Shown here piece by piece: positions 38,873 through 51,790 of a stretch of 64,000 bases of DNA (the first letter of the stretch is position 1; each line of letters begins with the position of its first letter). The stretch is taken from contig NC_133619.1 in the NCBI RefSeq assembly GCF_048593235.1, positions 457,897,644-457,961,643 on the forward strand. Direction: 5' to 3'. This stretch comes from Sminthopsis crassicaudata (taxonomy: Eukaryota). The notes beneath the pieces are model-generated. The model made no database searches. It had not been told where the DNA came from and saw nothing but the letters and a program-made list of their open reading frames with translations. A program made the position numbers and the translations under genes.

Positions 38873-38936
<64 letters not shown>
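38873..38936. repeat. (AG)32 microsatellite
   Basis: Uninterrupted, directly visible. Confidence 0.97.
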
Positions 38937-38943
<7 letters not shown>

Positions 38944-39134
38944 GACTTTAAGTGAAAATACAAATCAGTCTTACTTTTAAAATTTTTTTTTAATTTTTTT
39001 TTAATAAAGTCAGACCTGAACGAGGTATCATTTAAACCAGCCTCCTTCATATTATGAATGAGTAAAGTGAGGTCCTTAAAGTAATTGCCTATTGGCTATT
39101 AAATGGCAAAGTTAAAATTCAAACTCCAGTCCTA

Positions 39135-39365
39135 TGAGATAGCTGCTGATGCAGTGAATAGAGTACTGGACTTGGAGTCAGGAACATATGAGTTCAAATC
39201 CAGCCTCAAAAGCTGAATCTGTTTCCGTTAATATCCTTAACTATAAAATAGTAATGATAATAATAGTGACTATCTCCCATACTTGTTGTAAGGATCAAAT
39301 GATATAGTATTTACAAATGCTTAGTATAGTGCCTGGCAAATAGTAGGCTCTATATAAATGCCTTC
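39135..39365 (+). mobile_element. MIR/MAR-type SINE
   Basis: gcagtgaatagagtactggacttggagtcaggaa...gagttcaaatccagcctca...gtgcctggcaaatagtagg. Confidence 0.8.
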
Positions 39366-40944
39366 CCCACCCCTTTCCTTCCATGACTCCTAAGTTCAAT
39401 ATTCTTTATACTATACCATGCTTCCTCAAGCCTCAGCTTCTTTGCAACTTAATTTCTATGCTTTTAAGATCAAATGATATGCCATAACATTATGGGCTAT
39501 AACTTTTTCAGCTGTAAATGTATCCTCTCTTTTATGAGGGTTGTATTACATGATCCCTAAGGCTTCTTATAGCTTTGTATTTATAATTCTCTGAGTTAAT
39601 CCAATTTCCTGTCCCATATTACAAATAAGAATAAATTCAAGATCAACTCCTGAGAGTGTGTGGATATCCAGGCCAATGATTTCAACCCCTCAATCCACTT
39701 CACTTCCTTCCCTTTCCTAAGAGATTTTGTATAGATGAAAATGTGGAAGAGAAAGGCTTAAAAGAATATTTCTAGATGGTTCAATATTGTATGAAAAGTT
39801 AATCAGCTACTGATAGTGAAGGTGGAGTAATTCAGGCTCAAGTACCCCTTCAGATTCACTTTATAGGAACAGCAATGATAAATAAAAAAATCTGATCCTA
39901 GAATCTGAGGGATCCAAATCATGCCAAAGCTTTGACACACAACATTTCATAAACTCTTTAGGCCTCAGTGGTCTCATAAGACAAATGGAGGCTACTTTCA
40001 TGTATTTTCTTCGATTTTTCCATAAGGTTATTGTTAAAATAAATTAAGGGAAACACAATTTCTTGGGGCAAGCAAAATTATATCAGGAATGATTTATCTA
40101 ATGATAAACATGTGATTTTTTGGGGATTATCTTTACCAAAAAGCAAAGCTGATTTTTGAAGCCAAAAAAAAAAAAAAAAAAGAAGATAGCAAAAAGAAAG
40201 GAATGGAAAAAAACTCTGAAATTTTCAGTAATAAACTTTGACTCATATAATCAACAAAGTTCCTTATGAGGATTGATTTATTTTTCTACAGAAAAAACTC
40301 AATGTTCTTTGTTTTCATTTTTATCATTTTACTAAAGAGATGCATATAGTAGGCAATTAGAAGGTACAGAAATCATTTAATGACAGTTATGTCAAACAAA
40401 TTATGGCACTGCTAAAAATAGAATGATTGCAAAAGAAACATACTTAGTCTGGCTTAATTTTTCAAGTAAACAAAACATATAATAAAAGCCCATTGTCTAC
40501 CAAATAATTCTTAACTAATTTGATAGATTTTTTACTTTGTATTCAAGAATACTAGTTAGAAGTTGCTACTATATTTGTGAAATTAGCATCTCACTATTTT
40601 TTACATTTTATTCTTGTGCATGACAGAAAAGACAATGTTATAAATTTGGAAAAAAGTGATTTATCCAGAACATGGATATATTCCTCCAGATTTCCTGTTA
40701 CTCCACCTTGCTACCAATCCTTCCAAATCTCCTCATCTTGCTCTCTCTATTACTATTCTTCGTTCCACTCAACATTATATTAATGTTAAACTAAACAGGT
40801 ACAGGACATTTGTAATTGTAAGGAGACCATAAAATATTTAGTGCAGTAGAATTATCAGTAATTTATGAATCATATGTGTATTCTTCCAAATCTAATGTTC
40901 TATGTCATCATGGTACTGTGGAAAAACTGTTGGATAATTTTTTT

Positions 40945-41620
40945 TTTTTAAATTACAGAAAAGAATTGAAAACCAAGTAGGTATCCATCATTTGAAGAAA
41001 GGCTAAACTAATTATCACATGTAAATGTAGAGGAATATTACTGTGTTATAAGAAATGAAGAAAATAGCAAAATTCAGAGAAACCTGGAAAGAGCTATATG
41101 AACTGATGTACAGTGAAGTAAGCAGAATGAGAACAATTTATTACAACTATGGTGCAAAATAAAATGCCTAACACATAACAGGTACTTAATATTTTAATAC
41201 ATAAGATAGGATATGAAAATAGTTTTCTTATATTTGGTAATCTTAAAAATAGAATTGAACCAAAGAGAGGAATGCACTAAGAACAGAAAGAAAAGGGAAG
41301 AATGGAGGAAATTTTCTCATTCAGATAAAGTAAAAGAGTATACAAAAAGGGAAGAAACAGTTGGGGAGAGGTATGGGCTGAAACATGTGACCCTCAAACT
41401 GAACTGGTCAAAGGAATAATACATCTAATACAATAATAATACAATAAAACTATTGGATATGTTTGAAATACATTTCAATAAACAGGGAAAGAGGAAAAAA
41501 AGGGGGTGGAAGGGGAATAAAAAAGTGGGTAATTTATATGTAAACACATACGCATGTGTGAGTGTATTATATTTATGTTTATATTTTAAAAAGATAAACA
41601 GGAACAAGATTCAAGTCAGA
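40945..41620 (+). mobile_element. Old L1 ORF2-end/3'UTR fragments
   Basis: gaatattactgtgttataagaaatgaag...gaaacctggaaagagctatatgaactgatgtacagtgaagtaagcagaa. Confidence 0.6.
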
Positions 41621-41739
41621 AACATGTAAAACACTTTCACAACAGAAATGCTATTATCATTACTTTTATTATTATACAACTAAGAAAACTAATGCAATCT
41701 TAGGCTATAATCTTAAGCCATGGCATCACCCTTTTCACT

Positions 41740-42680
41740 TCTCAATTTTTTTTTATTCATTTGTTTTTCTAGTAAATTTATTTAGTTTTAATACACATTG
41801 CTTTATGAATCATGATGAGAGAAAAATCAGAGCAAAAGGGAAAAAAAAACATGGAAGAGATAAAAAACAAAACAAAACACAGAAAAAAGAAGTAAACATA
41901 GCATGTTAATTTACATTCAGTCTCTTTAGTTCTTTTTCTGGATGCATTTTCCATCCTAAGTCTATTGGATCACTGAACCATTGAGAAGAAACAAGTCTTT
42001 CATAGTTGACCATCATACATTCTTGCCATTATTATGTAAAATGTATTTCTAGTTCTGCTAGTTACATTCAGCATTAGTTCATGTAAATCTTTCCAGACTT
42101 CTCTAAAATTAGCTTGTTCATCACTTTTTATAGAACAATAATATTCCATTAACTTCATATGCAACAACTTGTTCAGCCATTCCAAGTCCAAGCCATTTTC
42201 CAATTCTTTGCTACAACAAAAAGAGCTACTACAAATATTTTCGCACATGTGGGTCCTTTTCCCTCCTTTATGATTTCCTTGGGATACAGACCCAATAAAC
42301 TGATGAGTCAAAGGGCATATTCCCTTAGGGCATAGTTGGAAATTTTTCTCCAGAATAACGCCTTCATTTTACAACTCCATTGCATTAGTGTCCCAGTTTT
42401 TCCATACCCCCTCCAAAATTTATCATTATCTTTCCCTGTCATCTTAGCCAACTGAGAGATGTGAGATGATACCTCAGAGTTGCATTAATTTGCATTTCCC
42501 TAATCAATAGTGATCTAAAGAATTTTTTAATATAACTATAGATGCCTTTAATTTTGTCTTCTTTAAATTGTTCATACCCTTTGACCATTTATGAATTGGG
42601 GAATAACTTGTATTTTTATAAAATTGACAAACATTTTTATATAATTTAGAAATGACTCCTTTATTAGAAACACTGGCAGG
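41740..42680 (-). mobile_element. L1 3' portion (ORF2 C-terminus + 3'UTR)
   Basis: Antisense ORF2 C-terminal motifs; ORF-track 42000-42311 and 42504-42704 are off-frame or partial reads of this. Confidence 0.85.
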
Positions 42681-42739
42681 GATTGTCTTTTGTCTTTTTT
42701 GCAACAGCAGGTAAATAAAAGTTAAAGTGACTAGTGAGA

Positions 42740-43150
42740 GAAATAGTATCTAGAACTGGCAAGATTGAACTTTGCCCTATATAAGGCAAGTTATGGAATA
42801 TTGTGTTCAGTTTTGGTTGTCATATTTTAGGGGAAAAAATGACAAGTTAGAGAATATCTAATAGAACAATCAGGTCAGAAAAGAGCCTTGAGTTCAATTA
42901 ATAAGAGATTTGGTTAAAAGTACAGTATGCATTAAGTCTGGAGATGAAAAAACTTAGGGACATCATACTACAAGTCTTCAAGTTTCTGAAGGACTGATAC
43001 ATGGTGAGAAATTAGCTAAGTCCTAAAGAGCAAAAACAGAAGCAAGGAATGGGTAGAAGTTGCAAAGACAAAAAAATTCAGCTTTATTTAAAGAAAAACT
43101 ACTAAGAATTATAGCTATCTAAAAGTGCAATGGGCTATCTTGGCTGCAAT
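42740..43150 (+). mobile_element. CR1/L3 LINE fragment
   Basis: GAA TAT TGT GTT CAG TTT TGG = EYCVQFW at 42796-42816, a CR1 RT C-terminal hallmark, followed by a DKLExI-like segment. Confidence 0.75.
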
Positions 43151-43620
43151 CATTCCTTCTCAATAGAAGCCTAAGAAAGGATGTATAACTGCTGACACAG
43201 CTCTTATCTGCTTTGGCCACTGTGGAAAGCTATTTGAAATGAAGCACAAAGCATTACTAAGTTGTGCATACCCTTTGATATAGTGACACAAAAATAGGCC
43301 TAAAACCCAGAGATCAAAGAAAGAGAAGAAACCCAAGAAAGAAAACTCCAAACACAAAAATACTTACTATCCTTTATATAGTAGCAATGAACTAAATCCT
43401 AAAGAGGATGTTCATCAATTGGAAAATAGCTGAACAAATTATAATTTATCAGCATAAAAGAATACTATTGTGCCATAAGAAATTATAAAGGGGACAATTT
43501 CAGAGAAACCTAGGATGACTTCTATGAACTACTGCAGAATAAAATGAGTAGAATCAGAACAATTACAAAATGACAACACTGTAAAACCAAACTTTGAAAG
43601 ACTTTAGAACTCTGATCAGT
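43150..43620 (+). mobile_element. Old L1 ORF2-end/3'UTR fragment
   Basis: attactaagttgtgcataccctttga...gaatactattgtgccataagaaat...cagagaaacctaggatgacttctatgaact. Confidence 0.65.
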
Positions 43621-44241
43621 GAAACTGTTTATTTTTTTCTATATCATTGTTTCTTAACATCTAAAAAAACTTTAAAAAATAGAAATAAAATATGTGGTTC
43701 TACCTATAAATGCATGAAATAATGTATATGCTTAAATACTTTTGTTGCAAATAACAAAAAAGTCCCTATATTTATTTCAATTAGGCTATTTCTTTGCTCA
43801 TATTAGACTTTTCTCTTTGAAGAATCAGCATAATTTAAACATTAATAAAAATCTCATGACTAGAGTAAAAAATATATTTTACGTAATTTCTATTATTTTA
43901 TAGATTCATTTATTTTCTAGCACTTTTCAATGTTTAAAATTCCTGATTTGGCTGTCAGTAATATAGCTTTGTTTGCATACTTATGGATAAAATGTCCTAG
44001 ACATTCCCCAAACAGATTTTAGAATAAAAATATCCTATTCAACTCATCCAATGGTGAACTTTCATATAACTGACTCAATGACATAAATGCTACATCTGTA
44101 ATTCATGAGGTAGAGAGCATATTCACATATCTGATTCTAGAAACAATGAAAACATCAATGAAGTTCTTTTAATAACTGACAGAATAAAAAGTAATGACAA
44201 ACTCAGAGTTCATAATAAAAGACACAAAAAGTTACATTGTC

Positions 44242-44401
44242 AGGACAACTAGGTGGTGCAGTGGATAGAGCACCAGCCCTGAAGTCAGGAGGACCTGAGT
44301 TCAAATTTGAACTCAGACACTTAACACTTCCTAGCTTTGTAACGCTGGGCAAGTCACTTAACCCTAAACGCCTCAGCAAAAAGCAAAAAAGAAAAGAAAA
44401 G
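44242..44401 (+). mobile_element. WSINE1-type SINE with 15-bp TSD
   Basis: TSD AAAAGTTACATTGTC at 44227-44241 and 44402-44416. Confidence 0.95.
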
Positions 44402-45837
44402 AAAAGTTACATTGTCTAAGAGGCAAAGATGGTTCTTCTTGGCAATGGGCTGCAGCGCATTGACACTTGCAATAGCTAAATGTTGTTATACTTTGGTATG
44501 GCCCTACATTTACAGTCCATGTCATTAAAAAAAAAAAAAAAAGGTTCTATTTCTTTTCTAATTTTATTTAGTGAATCAATGCTTAGAAATATATAGATGC
44601 TGAGGACAAACTAATAATAGGCAATGATAACTTATCCATTATTTTATATTATTTAGAAAAGTGCACTTATCTTAATGTCATTAATGTTGTTAGCAGTGGC
44701 AAAATTCGACTCAATAAGTACATGAGATAGCTTCTAGAAGTATCCTTTGTTCACTAACACTATGTGATATAATCAATTCTTACCTATACGTAGTTAACTT
44801 TACTTTGAGTTCCAACCTGAAAAGCAGCAGAATTTATCTTAGGAAAGTTTTATCTAACATCCTCATTGTGGAATCTTTCTATTGAAAATTGTCAAAAAAA
44901 ATTTTATTTTTATCATACAAACATTTATATATAATACATACATTCATTATATATATTGCTATGTAATTGCTGATGAACAATTGCTGCCTGGCAAGGCAGA
45001 CGCATAATTTATTTAGTATACATCAAGAAGCCAGACAATTTTGTTCTGAAATTTTGGTTGGCAGGAGACAATGAAAACAAACATTTGTCCAATATATTAC
45101 CTCAAATATGGAAAAGGCAAAACAAGCAATGACGTTAATGTACCTACAGATGTTGTATTTAATATCACAAAAATCAATATTCAACAAAAGCTACAATATC
45201 ACCTATGGCAATTATTTTACATGCCTTGATCTTTCTTTGATACTTAGAAAGCAATAATTGCAACTAGAATATTTCTAAAAAGTAATAAAAATACATAGGC
45301 CACTAAATTAAACTCCGGCTTAAAAAAATCTTCAGAGATACCAAATGTGACCCTAACTTTATTTCAGTTTAAGAGATCCAAATCTGTAATTATTTTGAGG
45401 ACCCTCAACCAGATATTCAGATTTCAGCAGAGAACAGTCAAAAGCAAGAGCTCAAATGGCCTCTTTATTTTTCTACAATGTTTTAATTATGGCCTTCATC
45501 ATTAAATGTTTTATATACATATTATATATAAAAATATAATTCAAATATTAAGAGTCATGAATATCCAAAAGGTGAGGGAGGAGTTTACTAGAGACTATCC
45601 AAACAACTGGTAGAAAGTTAAAGCAATTACTCCAACCAAAATATTGGCACTATACATTGCCAGGACTTCCTAGTTCCAGATGGATACTTTATTTGCACAA
45701 AAAGGAAAAAAATCCATCTGGAACAAATATATGAACCCCCCCCCCCCAAAAAAAAGGCAATTCATTAAATAGTGATTAAAAGGAAAGATATCTGATAGTA
45801 GGTATTTTTCTCCTATCTGTGTAAATGATGTCCATTT

Positions 45838-45892
45838 GGATCCTCACCTATGGTTTAGTGGTCCACATTTCTGTTTAAGTTTGACACCACTG
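45838..45892. mobile_element. hAT/Charlie MITE terminal fragment
   Basis: Ends agtttgacaccactg (TIR cagtggtgtcaaact) followed by ctgtagat. Confidence 0.55.
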
Positions 45893-46489
45893 CTGTAGAT
45901 GATCAAAATACATGGGTTTGGTCAGCATGTCTGTGTCACTGTACTGCATTTAAGTTATTTGAAAGAAGTTCTATGATCACAAATATTGTCATTGTTTTAA
46001 GTTTAAAAACAATTTTTAATAATAGGGCTAATTAAAAGATCCACAGGACTGAGTGTCCTTGGAAAAGTGATCTTATTTCTCAGAATTTCCTTGAAGATAT
46101 TAAATGCTACCAACAGTATTTATTTTTTCTAATTATGTTTTACTGCAGTTACCATCAAGCTCCTATACATTTTGTTGTTGAATGAAAGCAAACCTATCTA
46201 TAGCAGGTTATAATAGAACCCTGTCCTAAGCTAGTCAAGGTCATGGCAACAATCCCAGAATGCTCTGTTTCATGACCTAGGTCTACATCTTAATTATAGT
46301 CTTGAAAATTCATGTGGCTGATGATAAAAAAGATTGGGGGAGGAGATGAAGGGAAGGAATGTAAATGAATTAGTTGAAATTCATCAAAACTGGAAACCCA
46401 ATTTAAAACGTGATTACCTTTCAGTAGGTCAGTAGAATTCCTAAGAGAAGAAAGAACTGGTTTTTCCTATGTTCTACTAATAAAAAGGA

Positions 46490-46810
46490 AAATTAGAGAG
46501 ATAAAGAATTAGATTTAGACTGTCCCGGATTTGAATTCTAGATTTCCCCCCTTAGTATGTTATGTAGCAGCTAGGTGGCACAGTAGATAAAGCACCAGGC
46601 TTGGAGTCAGAAAGATTAAAGTACAAATCTGGTCTTAGGAACTTACTAGCTGTGCCACTCTGGTTAAGTTTAACATCTGTATGTCTCTATTTCCTCACCT
46701 ATAAAATTGCAATTAACAACATTTTATCTCACAGGGTTGTTGGGATGATCAAATGAGGTAATTATAAAGTGTCTGGTACCTAGCAATTGCTACATAAGTA
46801 ATATTATTGA
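46490..46810 (+). mobile_element. MIR/MAR-type SINE(s)
   Basis: gcagctaggtggcacagtagataaagcaccaggcttggagtcagaaaga...tttcctcacctataaaat...agggttgttgggatgatcaaatgagg. Confidence 0.8.
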
Positions 46811-46874
46811 ATTCTATTAATTATATTCAATAACAATTGCCATTCATTTCATTTCATTAGATACAAAAAGTATC

Positions 46875-47085
46875 TAACTTTTTGTGACTCCATTTGGGGT
46901 TTTCTTGGCAAAGATACTGGAGTGGTTTACTATTTCTTTCTCCAGTCATTTTATAGATGAAGAAACTGAGGCAGAGTTAGGTGACTTACCCAGCATCACA
47001 CAACTAGACAAGTGTCTGGGATCAGATCTGAACTCACAAAGATGAGGTTTCTCAATTCTGGGCCCAATATCCTATCCAACTAGCT
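46875..47085 (-). mobile_element. MAR1-type SINE
   Basis: ccatttggggttttcttggcaaagatactggagtggtttactatttctttctccag...gaaactgaggcag. Confidence 0.85.
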
Positions 47086-47289
47086 ATTCCCATTATATAT
47101 TATATTAAATATATAACAACAATTACTGATATTTAGCAAAAAGACAAATTTGAAGATAATAGTCATAAAGCCAAATTCATTATGCTGCACTATTTTCCTC
47201 TTCACTTGAAGCTCCTGTGTTTTCCTATTCTTATTCTTACAAGTTTCCAAATCCCCATCATCTATCTCTTCCACTCCAATTCACATACT

Positions 47290-47830
47290 AGATGAATGAA
47301 AAACATCACACAACTGAGTTAACCAGACCTATAAATGTATGTTATATGATCTCAATCGGGAGATAGTTCTTTTAATTTCTCCTTAATTGATTTCCTGTAA
47401 TGTTCCCTACAACTATTCCAGATCTCCCCCGGCAAAAAAATTTCCCTCACCAATACCTATCACTAAATTGAGGATCACCTACATATTTTACTAAGAAAAA
47501 AGAAATGAAAAAAAATTAATAAAGATCATTAATATTTCCTAAATTTAGACAGTGACATGAATTTCTTCTTCTCTTCCACACTCCATCTCTATCCCTTGAC
47601 ATTAAATCCCCATTATTTCTTTACTTCAGTCTTAGATTATAAGGTGGCCCTTCTTCTAACCAAGATCTGTCTCTTGATTCAATCTGTCTACATCTCTAAT
47701 ATCCTGCTGCCACAACCACTCTTTTTTTTTCTAATCTTCAATCTCTCTATCTCCCTCCCTGCTGCCTACAAACTTGCCCATTTTCCACCTTAAAAGCAAA
47801 ACAAGAAACCTAGACCCGCCATGCTTTCTA
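47290..47830 (+). mobile_element. L2 fragment
   Basis: Pyrimidine-rich L2 body (aaggtggcccttcttctaaccaag...ttcaatctctctatctc...ctgctgcctacaaac). Confidence 0.55.
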
Positions 47831-49059
47831 TCAATGATTCTATATTAAGGGGAAAAAGGCTTTGAGCAGATCCTTACAGCAAATCGTTATATGCCTGATA
47901 ATATGGCCCAGTAATGTGTTGTGATTTGGAGTAAGAAGTTCTGAATTTGAATTCTTAATAGCTAGCTGTGTTATACTCAGCAAATCACTTAATCTCTTTT
48001 AGGCTCAATTTCCTTATCTGTAAAATAGAGCTAATATGGCACCTATTTCACAGAACTGCTATGAACATCAAATAAGTTATGTGATGCTTTGCAAAAAAAA
48101 GTAAGAGATCTATATAAATGTTAATATTTTATTAATAAAAACAAATGAACGTTATCATTGACATTTCAACTCATAATCAATAAAATCAGTAACTCCAAAG
48201 GGCTGTTTTGTTAATTTCTAAATTTCCAGCATAGTACTAATTTCAAGCATATACAGGTGCTAATAAATGTTAGTTGACAGTCTAAGAGAGCTAACTTCCA
48301 CAGCACCAAGAAACATTATCAAAACAATCAGCAAAGAAGAAAATAGTTAACTAGATAGTTAAGTGGTCTAAAAATGGAAAATAAAAAAAAGTAGGGGGGA
48401 AGTCAAAGTAATTTAGACACAGCAGGTTAAGTTTCACCATATTATTCTTAGCATATAATAAATAAGGCCCTTCATGAAGTCCTAAAAATTAGCTAAAACA
48501 GAATGTAGTCATTCACTCAACTTTAACACTGTTCCCATTTAAGTAAATGAATCTAAGTAAAAGAATTTTACTTAATAGTATTTTAAAATAACCAACTTAT
48601 ATTAGGTGGGGGAAGTAACTTCTTTGGCTGAGGGATATCCATAAAAATTTAATAAATAAGTAGCAGATTCCAGATGTATTAGAAATTTTTGCTATTTTAT
48701 ATAGGCAGGGAAAGAGGAAGAGAATATGTACTTAAAAAAAGAAAAAAATAAATATTTTGCTTAAGCAGGCTCAATTACTATCTAACATATCACTTAACAA
48801 TATTAGGAATGTTAACCTCTACACACTTTCAACCAATCTGGAAGACCACAAACTAATTAAAAATTCTATGGCTTATCTGACTTCTGAATGTATTATATAA
48901 ATTTTAAATAGAAGAGAACCATTAACTCAGTACCAGTAATTCACAATGGATTAATTTGAAAAGGTATGTATAATTCTTATGTAAAAACAATAAAAATATT
49001 TTCGATATTGCTGAATTTTGCACAATTAAAAAGAATCAAAACAGGAATTTGCAACTTAC

Positions 49060-49225
49060 TAGTAAGAAATTCTAAAGAAACAAAACACACTGAGATATCC
49101 TCATGGGATTGTGGACTTCTTGAGAGCAAAGACTGGTTTTTGCTTTTCTTTGTATTCTAAAATATTTAGCACACAGTCTAGCACAAACCAGGCACTTAAT
49201 AAGTGTTTGTTGACTAACTGAATAT
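49060..49225 (+). mobile_element. L2 3' tail
   Basis: gacttcttgagagcaaagactgg...tttgtattc...ttagcacacagtctagcaca...cacttaataagtgtttgttgactaactga. Confidence 0.75.
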
Positions 49226-49344
49226 CTCATGATTTCAAATTTGGCAACTAGCAAGTCACTTACTTATAGCTTTAACATCATTTTGTAAATAGAACATTGT
49301 CATACAATGCAACTTTTCTATGTTTCATCAAATTATTTTTATTG

Positions 49345-49925
49345 AGGATGCCCATCGGTGAATGACTTAAGTTACAGTATATGAATGCCATGGAATATTA
49401 TTGTTCTATAAGAAACGATGAGCAGGATGATTTCAGAAAGGCCTTGAGACTTCTATGAACTGATGCTAAGTAAAATGAGTAGAACCAGGAGATCATCATG
49501 TATGGCAAAAGCAAGATTATACGACAATCAATTCTGACAGACTTGCTCTTTTCAACAGTGAGATGATTCAGGCCAGTTCCAATGATCTTACAATGGAGTG
49601 ATCCATCTGCACCCAGAGAGAGGGGATGGTAGGGACCGAGTGTGGATCACAACATAGCATTTTCACTCTTTTTGTTGCTGTCTGTTTGCATTTTGTTTTC
49701 ATTCTCATTTTTTCCCCTTTTTGATCTGATTTTTCATTGTTCAGATGACAACTGTGAAAATATGCATAGAATAATTGGACATGTTTAACATATATTAGAT
49801 TACTTGTCCTCTAAGGGAAGGAGAAGGAGGGAGGGAAGGAAAAAACTTTGGAACACAAGGTTTTGCAAGGGTGAATGCTTCCATATCTATGTATGTTTTG
49901 AAAATAAAAAGCTTTAATTTTAAAA
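49345..49925 (+). mobile_element. L1 3' end
   Basis: ggaatattattgttctataagaaacgatgagcaggatgatttcagaaaggcc...ggaacacaaggttttgcaagggtgaatg...aataaaaagcttt. Confidence 0.9.
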
Positions 49926-51599
49926 ATTTACTGCTATTAATATAAACACAATCTTTATATAAAATTTTAAAAGCTTTCCCTTTAAAAATATCCAGCAATT
50001 AAAATGTTTTTCCAAAATACTGGACCCTCCTCATTCTGAAATATGGTGGTTTTACAGTATTTTTAACCTTTTCAAAAATGATTCTTTAAGGCATTTCAAG
50101 GTAATCAAGGAAATAACTGAAATCATTACTGACAATGCTATTAAAATACAAGTCAGTTAATTGGTGTTTGAAATCCACAGATTTTGCCACAATGTATAAT
50201 CAAAACAAAGGATAAGAAAAGTATAGTAAGTAATTTTGATTTTACAATAAAAATAAAATATCTTTAAGAATAAAATTTAGGAACCTACCAATGTAAACAA
50301 AAAATCATTTATTTTGCAGATTACTTGCAAAATTACTCCACCTGATTTCATGTTCATCAAGTTGACAAATATGACCTATAATTCCAACAGATTTTAGAAA
50401 TAAAAAGGCTTTTTTTTTTGTTTTAATATGCTCTTAAGTCATTAATTTCTCACTAAGTAGAAATTTACCTTCGAAATTACAATTTAAATAAATTTCAGCT
50501 AAAATTTAAATTTCAGGATAATTTTTAGGCTCCAAAATTAAAAATTGCACTTTCAGTTTCTATGTATTTTTGCTCCTAAATTCTAGATGCTATATGGATA
50601 TTTATTACCTATTAATCATTATAGAGATATAGTTAAGCATTAACAATTCAATGTATTTAAAACAGGAAGCAAACTTGTTTTTCTTGTTCAAAGAACAACT
50701 GCTCTGTAAGAGTACAGGATGAGCTTAGAAAAGACTTCATCTTAAAATAATTTGATTATATTTAAATTTAAGTTTATTACTGCAACATTCTTAGAGGTCA
50801 TGGGATTATAGATTGAGCATTAAAACCTAGTCAGATTCCTTTCATTTTACAAGTGAGGAAACTGATGCTCAGTAGTCATGACATATCTAAATTCATAAAA
50901 GTATTAACTGAAAGTACCAGGATTCAGACTTATGTTCCAAAGCTGACAGTCTTTCCACCATATACCTATAAACAAGCTATTTTCATGTTCACAATCGAAC
51001 TAGAAAGAAAGCAATCTAAGTTTCACCTTCTTGATAAGTTTTTTTTTTTTAAACTTATTAGGTCAATTCTTAGAATTCAAAATCTTTCACAAATATTTAT
51101 TCTTCATAGCCTCCTGAAAGGAAGGAATATAAGAATCCATATCTTTAAAATGAAAAGTGAAATGATTATGATAATAATTTTACTTATCTATATGAAATTA
51201 GCAGATGGGACAAAGATAATCCTGTTGTCCTAATTCAAGTTTTTTTTGTTTCTAGGAAGGATGATTCTTATTGTGGCTGAGATAAAAACACTGGACTTTT
51301 TACATTTTCGCTCAAATGCAATGTTTCAGTGTATTGAGTTCTATAAACACAAGTTTCTATTTTAAAATGTCCATTTTGATACATTTCTATAAACAATGTT
51401 ATCAGTCCAAATAATTCAGCATTTTTCTTTTTAAAGAATCTAGCAATGATTGATATATTACAAAGACTTCTCTTTTTCTAGAGCAGGGATTTCCAAGCTT
51501 ATTTATTATTTCTTGTCAGAAAAGAAATTCTGAGCATGTATCTAAAATATAAATTTATTTATTATGAAATTACAAACAGGTAGCTAAGTAGTGAAGTGT

Positions 51600-51790
51600 A
51601 AAGTCTTGAACTTGGGAATCAGATCTGAGTAGGGATCTTGAAGCAAACAACAGCTGCATGACCTTAGACAAGTCATCTTGAGTAAAGTAAGGCAAAAGTT
51701 AAGTGACTTGCCCCCAGTCACACAGCTAGTAAACATCCAAGGATAAATTTGAACTCTGGTCTTTCTAATTCCAGGCAAGGTATTCTACCC
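51600..51790 (-). mobile_element. CORE-SINE (MAR1/WSINE-like)
   Basis: gttaagtgacttgcccccagtcacacagctagtaa...tttgaactctggtc. Confidence 0.75.

Noticed and set aside
50853-51233. 126-aa ORF
   Set aside because: Starts inside a MIR at a GTG, has low-complexity AT-driven composition and no recognisable domain.
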